Positions 1 to 7,794 of a stretch of DNA of 64,000 bases are shown here, piece by piece. The stretch lies in the UHGV virus genome UHGV-0113858; one strand, 5' to 3'. This DNA is from a virus. A program made the translations under genes and the position numbers. Position 1 is the first letter of the stretch. Each line of letters starts with the position of its first letter. Under the pieces are notes generated by a model, which ran no database searches, had not been told where the DNA came from, and was given only the letters and a program-made list of their open reading frames with translations.

Positions 1-296
1 GTTGTACTGATGATCGCCGCATCATCATTTCTCCGGCGATAACCGCCATCCTCCACGACTACACGCCTTTTAGGCGGTGAAGGTGGCGTTGATGGGGACA
101 TTTTCAATCTCCGCTCATTGTTTTGTCTTGCTTGACGAAGGGCCTCGTTAAGCGTCTCATTAAGCGCTTCAGAAGATATTGTGGTCACCTTGGTTGTTTG
201 GCTAACAAAAGTGCTGTTTCCCTTCCCTATAGATACGACCGTTGTTGTACTGAATAATCCCAATAACCATTTGAAAAATTTTCGGATTTTATTCAT
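1..296 (-). CDS. partial CDS running off the left edge; N-terminus looks like a signal peptide/lipoprotein
   Basis: The minus-strand ATG at 296 overlaps the stop of 289..618. The N-terminus reads MNKIRKFFKWLLGLFSTTTVVSIGKG, which is hydrophobic. The frame stays open to position 1. It is absent from the ORF track because it is incomplete. Confidence 0.4.
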   Translation of the reverse strand, partial: MNKIRKFFKWLLGLFSTTTVVSIGKGNSTFVSQTTKVTTISSEALNETLNEALRQARQNNERRLKMSPSTPPSPPKRRVVVEDGGYRRRNDDAAIIST

Positions 297-618
297 CCCG
301 ATCTACCTCTTCAAGAATTTCTCTCAGCGGAGGAACAGTAACCCCATTCTCCAACAAGAGGTTAGCAAGCTTCCGGTAAACATATCGAGTTTCTTTTCCC
401 GATAGGTGCCACAGTTTGATCGCCCGAACATGTTCGGTCTCTTCAGAGTACATATACTCATAACCGATCACCTTTGCTTGTTGTCGCGTTACACCAAGTA
501 GTTCTGCGAAAACAGAGTGAGGATCAGCTTGTGGCTTACCATAGGCCTCTGCCCAAGCATCTGGGACAAGGCTACGAACACCAAGTTCATCGACTAGCAT
601 AAAATTCCTCCAATACAT
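289..618 (-). CDS. hypothetical protein (109 aa)
   Basis: ORF track; it sits in a co-directional minus-strand gene block and overlaps its neighbour. Confidence 0.45.
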   Translation of the reverse strand: MYWRNFMLVDELGVRSLVPDAWAEAYGKPQADPHSVFAELLGVTRQQAKVIGYEYMYSEETEHVRAIKLWHLSGKETRYVYRKLANLLLENGVTVPPLREILEEVDRDE

Positions 619-874
619 CCCAAATTGCTACACTTGGCCCACCAGACATAAGACTCCAAATGACCATATCCTGGTATCCTTGACGACAAACGTCCGTTTG
701 TCTGAACGCTTTGTGGAAAGATGTTGGATCGCCCCAGTCAACCGGGAGATCATCCACGTTCTCCTTGAAGTATGCAAGCATCAGTTGCTCTTCAAGAGTG
801 GGTTTCGAACCGACACGGGCCTCATACATCTCTACAAACTTAGCCCCGGTGCGTTCTTCACGAGTTAAAGCCAT
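587..874 (-). CDS. hypothetical protein (95 aa)
   Basis: ORF track; overlaps the downstream gene by 32 nt in the same orientation. Confidence 0.45.
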   Translation of the reverse strand: MALTREERTGAKFVEMYEARVGSKPTLEEQLMLAYFKENVDDLPVDWGDPTSFHKAFRQTDVCRQGYQDMVIWSLMSGGPSVAIWDVLEEFYASR

Positions 875-1236
875 TCTCCAGTCTCCATTTGTTTCGGTGT
901 CAGAGTCTTTACCTGATTATCATCAACAGGTGCAAATCCAACAACAGGTTTATAACAGCGCTCTTTCTTTGCATCAAACACATAGAATGATGCCACAGCC
1001 TCTGGCTTTGCGCAAGTAGTATAATGGCGCTGGTACATTCCATAACCACCTAAGTAAGTCACTGCCCAGAACATTACCCCAAACATTACGGCTGAAAACA
1101 CATAGGAGGCCACTTTTCCCTTCCAAGTAAGCCCTCCCGACAATAACCATCCTATGTAGGAAAACATAGCAAGCGGGATCAGGCTAGATACCCAATTGTG
1201 ATTCATTGTAAACCATTCCCAGAACCCAATCATCAA
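865..1236 (-). CDS. integral membrane protein (123 aa, about 3 TM segments)
   Basis: Hydrophobic segments such as LIPLAMFSYIGWLL and VFSAVMFGVMFWAVTYLG; tightly packed with its neighbours. Confidence 0.5.
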   Translation of the reverse strand: MMIGFWEWFTMNHNWVSSLIPLAMFSYIGWLLSGGLTWKGKVASYVFSAVMFGVMFWAVTYLGGYGMYQRHYTTCAKPEAVASFYVFDAKKERCYKPVVGFAPVDDNQVKTLTPKQMETGEWL

Positions 1237-1812
1237 CTACCCTCCAAAAGATGAGCGACTGCTAACAGAGCTACCAAAACCACCACGAGAAGATGTGGTG
1301 CTACGAGAAACTATTGTACGGGGAGACTGTACTGTTGGCTTTGCCGCAGAGCTTGTCACCTTGAACGTTTGACCAGGTCGTGCATTGTAGCTGCGGAACT
1401 TGTTGTCCATATACTGACCTGAACGATCCTGATACAGTGGTGCTGAATGATAACCGGAATTCATGCTATTGCCCATCATGTACCCCATCATCAACGGCAT
1501 CCACGAAGAACCACCATCTGAGCTGCTTGGGTTGTGTCTGCACTGGTCACCGAACTCCGCGTAGCAGTCAGAATAAGTCGCATAGCGTGGTGCAGTTTCA
1601 TTTGCAACCTTTTCTGCTTCTTGTCTTGCTGCCCGACACTGATCCGGTTTGTGAGTATCTGCAATACACTCGTCAACATTTTTGTACATCTTCATGTCAA
1701 TGTTTTCTTGCTCACAACCTGCAACTGTGATTGCCACCACGAATGGCAGGGCATAACGCCCCACCTTGCGGAAAGCATTCTTATTGATATGCTTTGTTCT
1801 TTTCACACTCAC
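1237..1812 (-). CDS. YgiB-like (DUF1190) lipoprotein
   Basis: N-terminus MSVKRTKHINKNAFRK...VAITVAGC carries a lipobox. The internal WMPLMMGYMMG and C-terminal RGGFG match my recollection of E. coli YgiB/DUF1190. Confidence 0.55.
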   Translation of the reverse strand: MSVKRTKHINKNAFRKVGRYALPFVVAITVAGCEQENIDMKMYKNVDECIADTHKPDQCRAARQEAEKVANETAPRYATYSDCYAEFGDQCRHNPSSSDGGSSWMPLMMGYMMGNSMNSGYHSAPLYQDRSGQYMDNKFRSYNARPGQTFKVTSSAAKPTVQSPRTIVSRSTTSSRGGFGSSVSSRSSFGG

Positions 1813-2066
1813 TCCACCCCTGAACTTATGCCGAAAGATACTATGCCGAGAACTAATCCCAAAAACCCACCAAGTATTACAGAGGTTTGGGCGTACTCGC
1901 CAAAGCCAGGTGTTCCGAATACTTCCCCCGCACTGATACCAACATAGTATCCGAGAGAGATAGATATTGCAAGCACAAAGAAGAACACCACTACACTGAT
2001 GGTTGTGGGAATGATTAAATCACGCATGTGTAGTTTCCTTTTCTGTTTTACGCCATTTGTAAGCAC
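1809..2066 (-). CDS. small membrane protein (85 aa)
   Basis: Two hydrophobic helices; the start overlaps the PnuC stop. Confidence 0.4.
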   Translation of the reverse strand: MLTNGVKQKRKLHMRDLIIPTTISVVVFFFVLAISISLGYYVGISAGEVFGTPGFGEYAQTSVILGGFLGLVLGIVSFGISSGVE

Positions 2067-2742
2067 CGTACACAGAGTTTAACAGGAAAGTTACCCACAT
2101 TGCAAGGACTGCCCATCCTTGTATTTCATGATGCATTGCTGTCTGAATCCACAGAGCCACAGCAACCACGTTAACAATAATCCAGACATACCATTGTTCT
2201 GCATAACGAACCATCATCAGGTAGGTTGCCAGAACCGACAGGATTGCTGTAGCAGAATCGAGACCCGGCATATTCCCTTTCAGCAGGCTAACGAACTCGG
2301 CGTATAATCCGATCGTCACCAATGTCCCGATACCAACAATCCAGCGCTGTTTTGTGGTCAGATACTTCTTGATGACATCCGCACGTTCACCATCCGCAGA
2401 GACGGTTAACTTACGCGCCCAGATTATCCCACCAATGACCTGCATGGGTGTGAACAACAGGGTGTACATGATCGTTTCTCCGTAGAGTTTGTACGTGAAC
2501 GACACATAAGCATACAACACCGTTGCCACAAAACCCCAGTAATAACTGGAGAGCTTACCTTTTGCCACCAGGATAGCCCCGATGATCCCGGTAACAGAAG
2601 AGATGAACTCTACTAACCCACCGCCCATAGTCAAGGAGACAATGGCGATCGATGCCGAGCAGATGAGGAGCCAAAGATATTCAAGTTTTGACCAGCCATA
2701 AAAGTCAGTCCATGCTGTCTTAATGTACAGATTTGTATTCAT
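2020..2742 (-). CDS. pnuC: PnuC-family nicotinamide riboside transporter
   Basis: 240 aa, polytopic and Trp-rich, with the general PnuC layout (WxxxYG..W, LTxKQRW-like). It lies in the same block as the NadR-like gene. Confidence 0.7.
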   Translation of the reverse strand: MNTNLYIKTAWTDFYGWSKLEYLWLLICSASIAIVSLTMGGGLVEFISSVTGIIGAILVAKGKLSSYYWGFVATVLYAYVSFTYKLYGETIMYTLLFTPMQVIGGIIWARKLTVSADGERADVIKKYLTTKQRWIVGIGTLVTIGLYAEFVSLLKGNMPGLDSATAILSVLATYLMMVRYAEQWYVWIIVNVVAVALWIQTAMHHEIQGWAVLAMWVTFLLNSVYGAYKWRKTEKETTHA

Positions 2743-2744
2743 GG

Positions 2745-3002
2745 TTATTCTCCTGTTAATCGTTTAAGAAGCGCTTCGATTTTAGGATTCGCCGCGCCGT
2801 CACCGTATAACTTATACTTCAGATCCAACACTGCGTCAAGCAGTTCTGGTGCTGCTGCGATAAGATTTGCATCTTCAATACTATTAATCTCTGAACACAC
2901 GTCGCTGTAAGATCGCCACCCGGAACCTACCTCAAGAGAGCCTGAGACAATGACCTTTATTTCATCGTCATCATGAAATACTTCCCATGTATCTTTAGCC
3001 AT
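2745..3002 (-). CDS. hypothetical protein (85 aa)
   Basis: ORF track; ATG start directly after the pnuC stop. Confidence 0.45.
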   Translation of the reverse strand: MAKDTWEVFHDDDEIKVIVSGSLEVGSGWRSYSDVCSEINSIEDANLIAAAPELLDAVLDLKYKLYGDGAANPKIEALLKRLTGE

Positions 3003-3294
3003 TTTTGCGCCCCTTTTTCTTTTTATTTTTCATTTCTGACCGAACTTTAGTTTGCCAAGCCATTGCTTCGTCAACAGCATTCGGTCCGTCAAAAACTTGG
3101 TTCTTCTCATCTGACTTGAACACAAAATTAGTACCTTTGTTATCCATTGCCTGGAAAACCCAGCCTGTCAGTGTCTCCTCGATGATCTTACCGCCGATCA
3201 GCAGACCATTACTTTTTGCATGAATTGCCATTTTTAACCCTCCATTACAACTGGTAAGACAGACCTGATCCCATCTCGCCATGCTAACCAACAC
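2995..3294 (-). CDS. hypothetical protein (99 aa, Lys-rich C-terminus)
   Basis: ORF track; co-directional and overlapping. Confidence 0.4.
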   Translation of the reverse strand: MLVSMARWDQVCLTSCNGGLKMAIHAKSNGLLIGGKIIEETLTGWVFQAMDNKGTNFVFKSDEKNQVFDGPNAVDEAMAWQTKVRSEMKNKKKKGRKNG

Positions 3295-3375
3295 ATCACT
3301 TGTAGGTTTTCACGCTCCTCTGCATCTGGAAAAAGATGCGCGGGTGCGTTTTTATCAAACCAGCCCATAAATTCT

Positions 3376-3714
3376 TTAGACATTTTGACTCCTCTGTTTT
3401 GCCCATTCGATTGCCGCAAGTATCACATCACAGTGACATGCTACCTCTTTGTTCGGCTGTTTACAGAAGCATACAAGGTCTTTACCATCCAAGTCAAGAA
3501 GATCTTGAATAGTAATTTTCCCAGCACGGATCTGTTGCCATAACCATACGCGATAGCGCTCAATCGTTGCCCCGCGAGGCTCATCCTTCGACAACTTATA
3601 TGGGTTAGCGAATTTAGATTGCTTCAGGCCCAAGTGGGGCATTGCTCGCCCCATGTACTCAGCATTTTCAGGGATCACTTTACCGATGTGGTAAAAGTTG
3701 AGAACTTTAGCCAT
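3376..3714 (-). CDS. DUF4326-like phage protein
   Basis: Motifs ANPY..YRVWLWQQ..LLDLDGKDLVCFCKQ..CHCDV. The probable start is the internal Met MAKVLNFYH, which gives a 1-nt overlap with the upstream stop. Confidence 0.45.
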   Translation of the reverse strand: MAKVLNFYHIGKVIPENAEYMGRAMPHLGLKQSKFANPYKLSKDEPRGATIERYRVWLWQQIRAGKITIQDLLDLDGKDLVCFCKQPNKEVACHCDVILAAIEWAKQRSQNV

Positions 3715-4133
3715 TATACAGATACACGGCTGTGCAGCTCGCGAGACATAGCCACCAACCATTGTGTGATGCCATAACCCTCGTACTCATCAGTAAGACT
3801 GGAGTCTGTCAGCAACCAAATGATGGCGTTCCGCAAGTGGTCATCTGACATATGGGTCAGCCTGACAACCTTCCCGGATTCTGTTTTCCACACCATGATA
3901 CGTTTTGGTGGGCGAATATCCTCAAGACCCGCAGGGGTGATCATCATACCGGAACACCCGCAGCCACAAGCTATCACTTTACCATGCCCGATAAGAGAAG
4001 AGAGAGCCTCTGTAGTGGCAGGCTCGCCAAATTTATCAGCTACCTCTTTGTGGTACGTCCATCCCTGCTTTTCCTCCAAAGACTTCTCTAAGAAGTGGAG
4101 AATTTCCAGATTAGTTTGATCCATCGTTATCAC
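3714..4133 (-). CDS. hypothetical protein (139 aa)
   Basis: ORF track; overlaps neighbours by 4 nt. Confidence 0.5.
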   Translation of the reverse strand: MITMDQTNLEILHFLEKSLEEKQGWTYHKEVADKFGEPATTEALSSLIGHGKVIACGCGCSGMMITPAGLEDIRPPKRIMVWKTESGKVVRLTHMSDDHLRNAIIWLLTDSSLTDEYEGYGITQWLVAMSRELHSRVSV

Positions 4134-4476
4134 CTTTTAGGTACGCCACAATCCAATCCGCCGCCTCCTCGTACTCCTCATAGCCGAAGAATTTACGGCG
4201 AGCAAAATATGTATCGTCATCAGGCACATTCGTCTGGTAGTTGAAGTTACCAGGCTGACCCCAGTACACATTGATCTGATCACTGTTCCGGCACTCAGAA
4301 AAAGAGACTTGCTTTGAAAGGTCATTATCACATTTGTGATTCCATTTGGTTATGGAGAACCCTTGCTCACGACAGTTGGCATAAGCTTGAAGACCTTCCG
4401 CTAATTCAGGTGCCTTTTCCAAAATAATCTTCAGAACACCAAAAGCCTGCTTCATGCTTGAATTAGTTACGTTCAT
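4111..4476 (-). CDS. hypothetical protein (121 aa)
   Basis: ORF track. Confidence 0.5.
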   Translation of the reverse strand: MNVTNSSMKQAFGVLKIILEKAPELAEGLQAYANCREQGFSITKWNHKCDNDLSKQVSFSECRNSDQINVYWGQPGNFNYQTNVPDDDTYFARRKFFGYEEYEEAADWIVAYLKGDNDGSN

Positions 4477-4605
4477 CTTGTTCTCCTTTTTGTGCGGATA
4501 TTTTTACCATGAGTCTAGCCCATGCCTCTGAATCGCTCTTACGAACGATGCTAACACTGTACGGCATACTGTCGGTGTCCCGAATGAAACGCTCACTTTG
4601 AGATT

Positions 4606-4743
4606 TCAAATTGCATCAGGATGGTATACCATCAACATCAGGCTTCCTGTTGCCCCACGGTATTGACAAATCTCTACAGATTCCTCACCGTTCCACTGGC
4701 GAACCAATACTAAATCGCCAACCTCAAGTTTAGGAAACCCCAT
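4606..4743 (-). CDS. small protein (45 aa), translationally coupled to nadR
   Basis: A strong AAGGAG SD sits 6 nt upstream of an ATG that overlaps the NadR stop. It is below the ORF-track size cut-off; coordinates are approximate. Confidence 0.3.
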   Translation of the reverse strand: MGFPKLEVGDLVLVRQWNGEESVEICQYRGATGSLMLMVYHPDAI

Positions 4744-5818
4744 TCTGTTCTCCTTTGATATTCAGCAATTTACGGACAGCTTCGGCGGCTTTCTGAGTAC
4801 GTTCTTTGTAATCACTTCCTGAGATAACTACCACCTTGCTTGTATCGTAAGATGTCCTGATCATTGTGTCAAGCAAAGAATGTGTTTCTTTACGCTTTTC
4901 TGGCGTATCCTGCAAGCGAAGAGGATCAGCAACCCACGGAACCTCTGGTGTGAGGAACAGGAATAGGTCGTAGAAGTTGTAGCTCTCTTCACGGCTCAGT
5001 GTGCGGAACAGAAGATCGGAGTAGTCGATCTTTTCTGCACAAATGCCAGAGAAGTGAGTGATCAGGTTTGTGGTGTCAGAGAACATAACCCCACAACCAC
5101 CCCAGCCAGCTAACTCCATTTCCTTCAGGCGATGCTCCATTGCGATACGAAGATAGTCTCCACGAGACATTGCTAACTCACTGGAGTGGTATTCACGCTC
5201 ACAGATAAGCCTCCCGATCTCAGGAATCCAACCAGCACCGAAGGTATGCGCCAGATGTTTTGTCAGGGTTGTCTTGCCCGTACTCTCAACACCAATGATG
5301 GCAACCTTCTTCATGAAGCGCTTACGTGCAGGCCACGCTAGGTTGTAGAAGTTGTTGTACGGATCATTACGGATCATCGTGGCTGAGATAGGAACAGCTT
5401 TACGTTCTGCGTCGATAACTACATGCTTCGCTTCAGGGAAGAACTCACTGAAGTAAGACTCATACTCCGGCTCAGAAGAGAAAGCAAAATCGTACTTAAC
5501 GAACGGTTGCTTTTCACGGATCAGTTTTGCATAGGCAGCACTGCCTTCAGGGTATCCTGGGATATTCGACTCATCAACGTAGTCTACCTTCACGTTGTCA
5601 AGTCCCTCGTCGGCAATGACATCCAGCAGGTCACGATAACGATCAGCAAGTCCCAGCTTAGGACGAATCCACTCTGGTTGTGCGTCAACGAATTTCTGGT
5701 CATAGGACAGGAACAGATACAGAGCACTAACCTGAGAAGCCGCCTGGCGAATGAATTCAATATGTCCGTTGGTCAGCGGTGCAAACTTTCCGAAGATAAG
5801 GCCGCGAGTAATCGTCAT
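4730..5818 (-). CDS. nadR: NadR-like bifunctional NMN adenylyltransferase / ribosylnicotinamide kinase
   Basis: N-terminal nucleotidyltransferase motif GKFAPLTNGH (HxGH class). Central Walker A VAIIGVESTGKTTL fits the RNK domain. Length is 362 aa. Confidence 0.8.
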   Translation of the reverse strand: MTITRGLIFGKFAPLTNGHIEFIRQAASQVSALYLFLSYDQKFVDAQPEWIRPKLGLADRYRDLLDVIADEGLDNVKVDYVDESNIPGYPEGSAAYAKLIREKQPFVKYDFAFSSEPEYESYFSEFFPEAKHVVIDAERKAVPISATMIRNDPYNNFYNLAWPARKRFMKKVAIIGVESTGKTTLTKHLAHTFGAGWIPEIGRLICEREYHSSELAMSRGDYLRIAMEHRLKEMELAGWGGCGVMFSDTTNLITHFSGICAEKIDYSDLLFRTLSREESYNFYDLFLFLTPEVPWVADPLRLQDTPEKRKETHSLLDTMIRTSYDTSKVVVISGSDYKERTQKAAEAVRKLLNIKGEQNGVS

Positions 5819-5870
5819 TTGTTTTTCTCCATTGATTCAAGGGCAATGCTGTATAGAACTTGAGTCTTCT

Positions 5871-6062
5871 TCATTTGGCAAGTTCCACTTCAAGCTCTGC
5901 GATTTTAATTTTCAATTCAAGGGTGTCGCGTTTCAGTAGGGACTTTGCCAGTTCACTATCAACGGACTCGTTAATATCATTCGGGTTTGCTTCAGGATAA
6001 AACTCTGTTGCTTGTGCAGAGCAAGAAAGCGCGAGCAGGGCGGCTAGGATAATCTTTTTCAT
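5871..6062 (-). CDS. small coiled-coil lipoprotein (63 aa)
   Basis: MKKIILAALLALSC lipobox followed by a heptad-like coiled coil. Confidence 0.5.
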   Translation of the reverse strand: MKKIILAALLALSCSAQATEFYPEANPNDINESVDSELAKSLLKRDTLELKIKIAELEVELAK

Positions 6063-6095
6063 TTGAATCTCCTCTTGAGATTATTTAGTCAGAAT

Positions 6096-6302
6096 TTAGT
6101 AGCGAGACCACTTCACTCGACCACCGTCGCAGATCAGTTTGTTCTCAACGATAACACCATCAACCGAGTTAGCAAGGCGTTGCTCACCGTTAGGCTTGCA
6201 ATTATGGGTCACGTTATCTGCGATGTCAAGCGATATGTAGGCGACAACTGCAACAACAATCACAATAACCAACGGACGCACCCAAGGCATGAATCCACGC
6301 AT
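6096..6302 (-). CDS. small membrane-anchored protein (68 aa)
   Basis: N-terminal TM segment VIVIVVAVVAYI. Confidence 0.4.
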   Translation of the reverse strand: MRGFMPWVRPLVIVIVVAVVAYISLDIADNVTHNCKPNGEQRLANSVDGVIVENKLICDGGRVKWSRY

Positions 6303-6312
6303 TTATTTCTCC

Positions 6313-6507
6313 TTACCAGCCGGAAGTATCGACAATCACGCCACCCAAAAGAAGCAGGAAGAATTCAAGCATAAACATACCGAAACCTGCTCCCAAAATT
6401 TCTTTTGTTTGTTGCTCATGGTCTGCTGTAAATGAAAGCCCCAACGTTGTCAGCATGGTCAGGGCCATAAGGCCTAACACTGCATAAATAAAATGTGAAA
6501 GCTTCAT
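6313..6507 (-). CDS. small membrane protein (64 aa)
   Basis: The likely start is the internal MKLSHFIYAV, which forms an ATGA overlap with the upstream small ORF. Confidence 0.4.
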   Translation of the reverse strand: MKLSHFIYAVLGLMALTMLTTLGLSFTADHEQQTKEILGAGFGMFMLEFFLLLLGGVIVDTSGW

Positions 6508-6671
6508 AGGGCGATACTCCAGAGATGCACCGTAAAAGCAGCGTTGATGACTGCACAACCTACGTACACCGTGCGGTGTGTTTCATCTTTTGAAAAGACA
6601 GCGCCGAAGGCACAAGAAACACAGGCCACTGCTGCCAGAACTAAAAAGAAATAATTGATTGCCTCTAACAT
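6504..6671 (-). CDS. small membrane protein (55 aa)
   Basis: GGAGGGTG SD followed by ATG; product MLEAINYFFLVLAAVACVSCAF. Not in the ORF track (<60 aa). Confidence 0.35.
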   Translation of the reverse strand: MLEAINYFFLVLAAVACVSCAFGAVFSKDETHRTVYVGCAVINAAFTVHLWSIAL

Positions 6672-6740
6672 ACACCCTCCAGGTTATTTAGCTTCCATAA
6701 CAATAAAGCCCCTCAACCATGAAGTCAAGAGGCTTTTGAA

Positions 6741-7100
6741 TTATTTTTGCAGCTCCTTAATGTAGTCCCGCAAACCGCAAATCATATTATATTTTGCCGT
6801 TTCTTCTTCGGTGAGCGGTCTGACTTCTTCATCCACACCAACATTGTTGTGGTAGTCCCACCAGGCGTCTACATGGACAAGTACAAGAAACGGTTCATAT
6901 CCTCTTTTACGTGTTTCCCACACGGCCCGCTCACCAGTAAAATCTGCTGGTAAGCTATAGATGAAGTTCCTCAGCAGTTCTTTGGTGAGGACATCTGCGA
7001 GGTAGTCTGGTGTTTGTGCCTTGACAATATTCATGATCTCTTCATCAGAGATATCTACTTCCACATTCTGTACAATAGTTTGTTTGCCAGTTACTTTCAT
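6741..7100 (-). CDS. hypothetical protein (119 aa)
   Basis: ORF track. Confidence 0.5.
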   Translation of the reverse strand: MKVTGKQTIVQNVEVDISDEEIMNIVKAQTPDYLADVLTKELLRNFIYSLPADFTGERAVWETRKRGYEPFLVLVHVDAWWDYHNNVGVDEEVRPLTEEETAKYNMICGLRDYIKELQK

Positions 7101-7110
7101 TTATCCTCCA

Positions 7111-7134
7111 ACACAAAAAGGCCCCGAAGGGCCT
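7111..7134 (-). terminator. rho-independent terminator (minus strand)
   Basis: Stem GGCCC-TTCG-GGGCC followed by TTTTTGTGTT on the minus strand, downstream of 7146..7565. Confidence 0.6.
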
Positions 7135-7145
7135 TGGCGGGCAGA

Positions 7146-7565
7146 TTACAGAGATTCCAGCTCTTTCAGGATCTCTTCACGAGACATCGCTGCATCTTTC
7201 TCGTTATCCTTCTCTGCCAGCAGGTCCAGAAGTTTACGCTTACGCTCAACCTTCTCTTTCGCTGCCTGGCGATCCGCGATCTCCGCTTTACGCACCGAGA
7301 TGATGTACTTCAGGATATCCAGCTTCAGGTTTGCTTCGCCATTTACAGCACTGGCCTCGACAACGAAACTTTCTTCAGCAGATGCTTTCACATCACGGTT
7401 AGCCAGTTTGGAAACCGTATCCAGGCTGGTATTACCAGTCATCGGCAGATCCCACAGATCTTCTGTGGTCAGTAGACCTTTCGGGCTTGCAAAACGCAGT
7501 TTTTTACGGGTAGCCAGTTCGAACAGGGTAGCGGTATTTGCGATGGTAGTATTGATGATTGACAT
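7146..7565 (-). CDS. hypothetical protein (139 aa; charged C-terminal coiled coil)
   Basis: ORF track. Confidence 0.5.
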   Translation of the reverse strand: MSIINTTIANTATLFELATRKKLRFASPKGLLTTEDLWDLPMTGNTSLDTVSKLANRDVKASAEESFVVEASAVNGEANLKLDILKYIISVRKAEIADRQAAKEKVERKRKLLDLLAEKDNEKDAAMSREEILKELESL

Positions 7566-7581
7566 ATTTTTGTTCTCCTCT

Positions 7582-7794
7582 TTAGTTTTTCAGTAAGCTG
7601 CGTTCTTCAAGAATCTCAGCCAATTGTTGTTCAGTTGCCCGGTACGTAAAGGAGTGCAACATTTTCTTTGCAGTTATGTACGCACACCCGAACTCATTGC
7701 ATATCCTTTGGTAAGGATTTTCTGGAGGAGCGAACCCCTCCAGACATGCAACGAGTCTATCAGTTACCGGGGTTGGTTGCAACCCCGTTTTCAT
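7582..7794 (-). CDS. hypothetical protein (70 aa)
   Basis: ORF track. Confidence 0.4.
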   Translation of the reverse strand: MKTGLQPTPVTDRLVACLEGFAPPENPYQRICNEFGCAYITAKKMLHSFTYRATEQQLAEILEERSLLKN

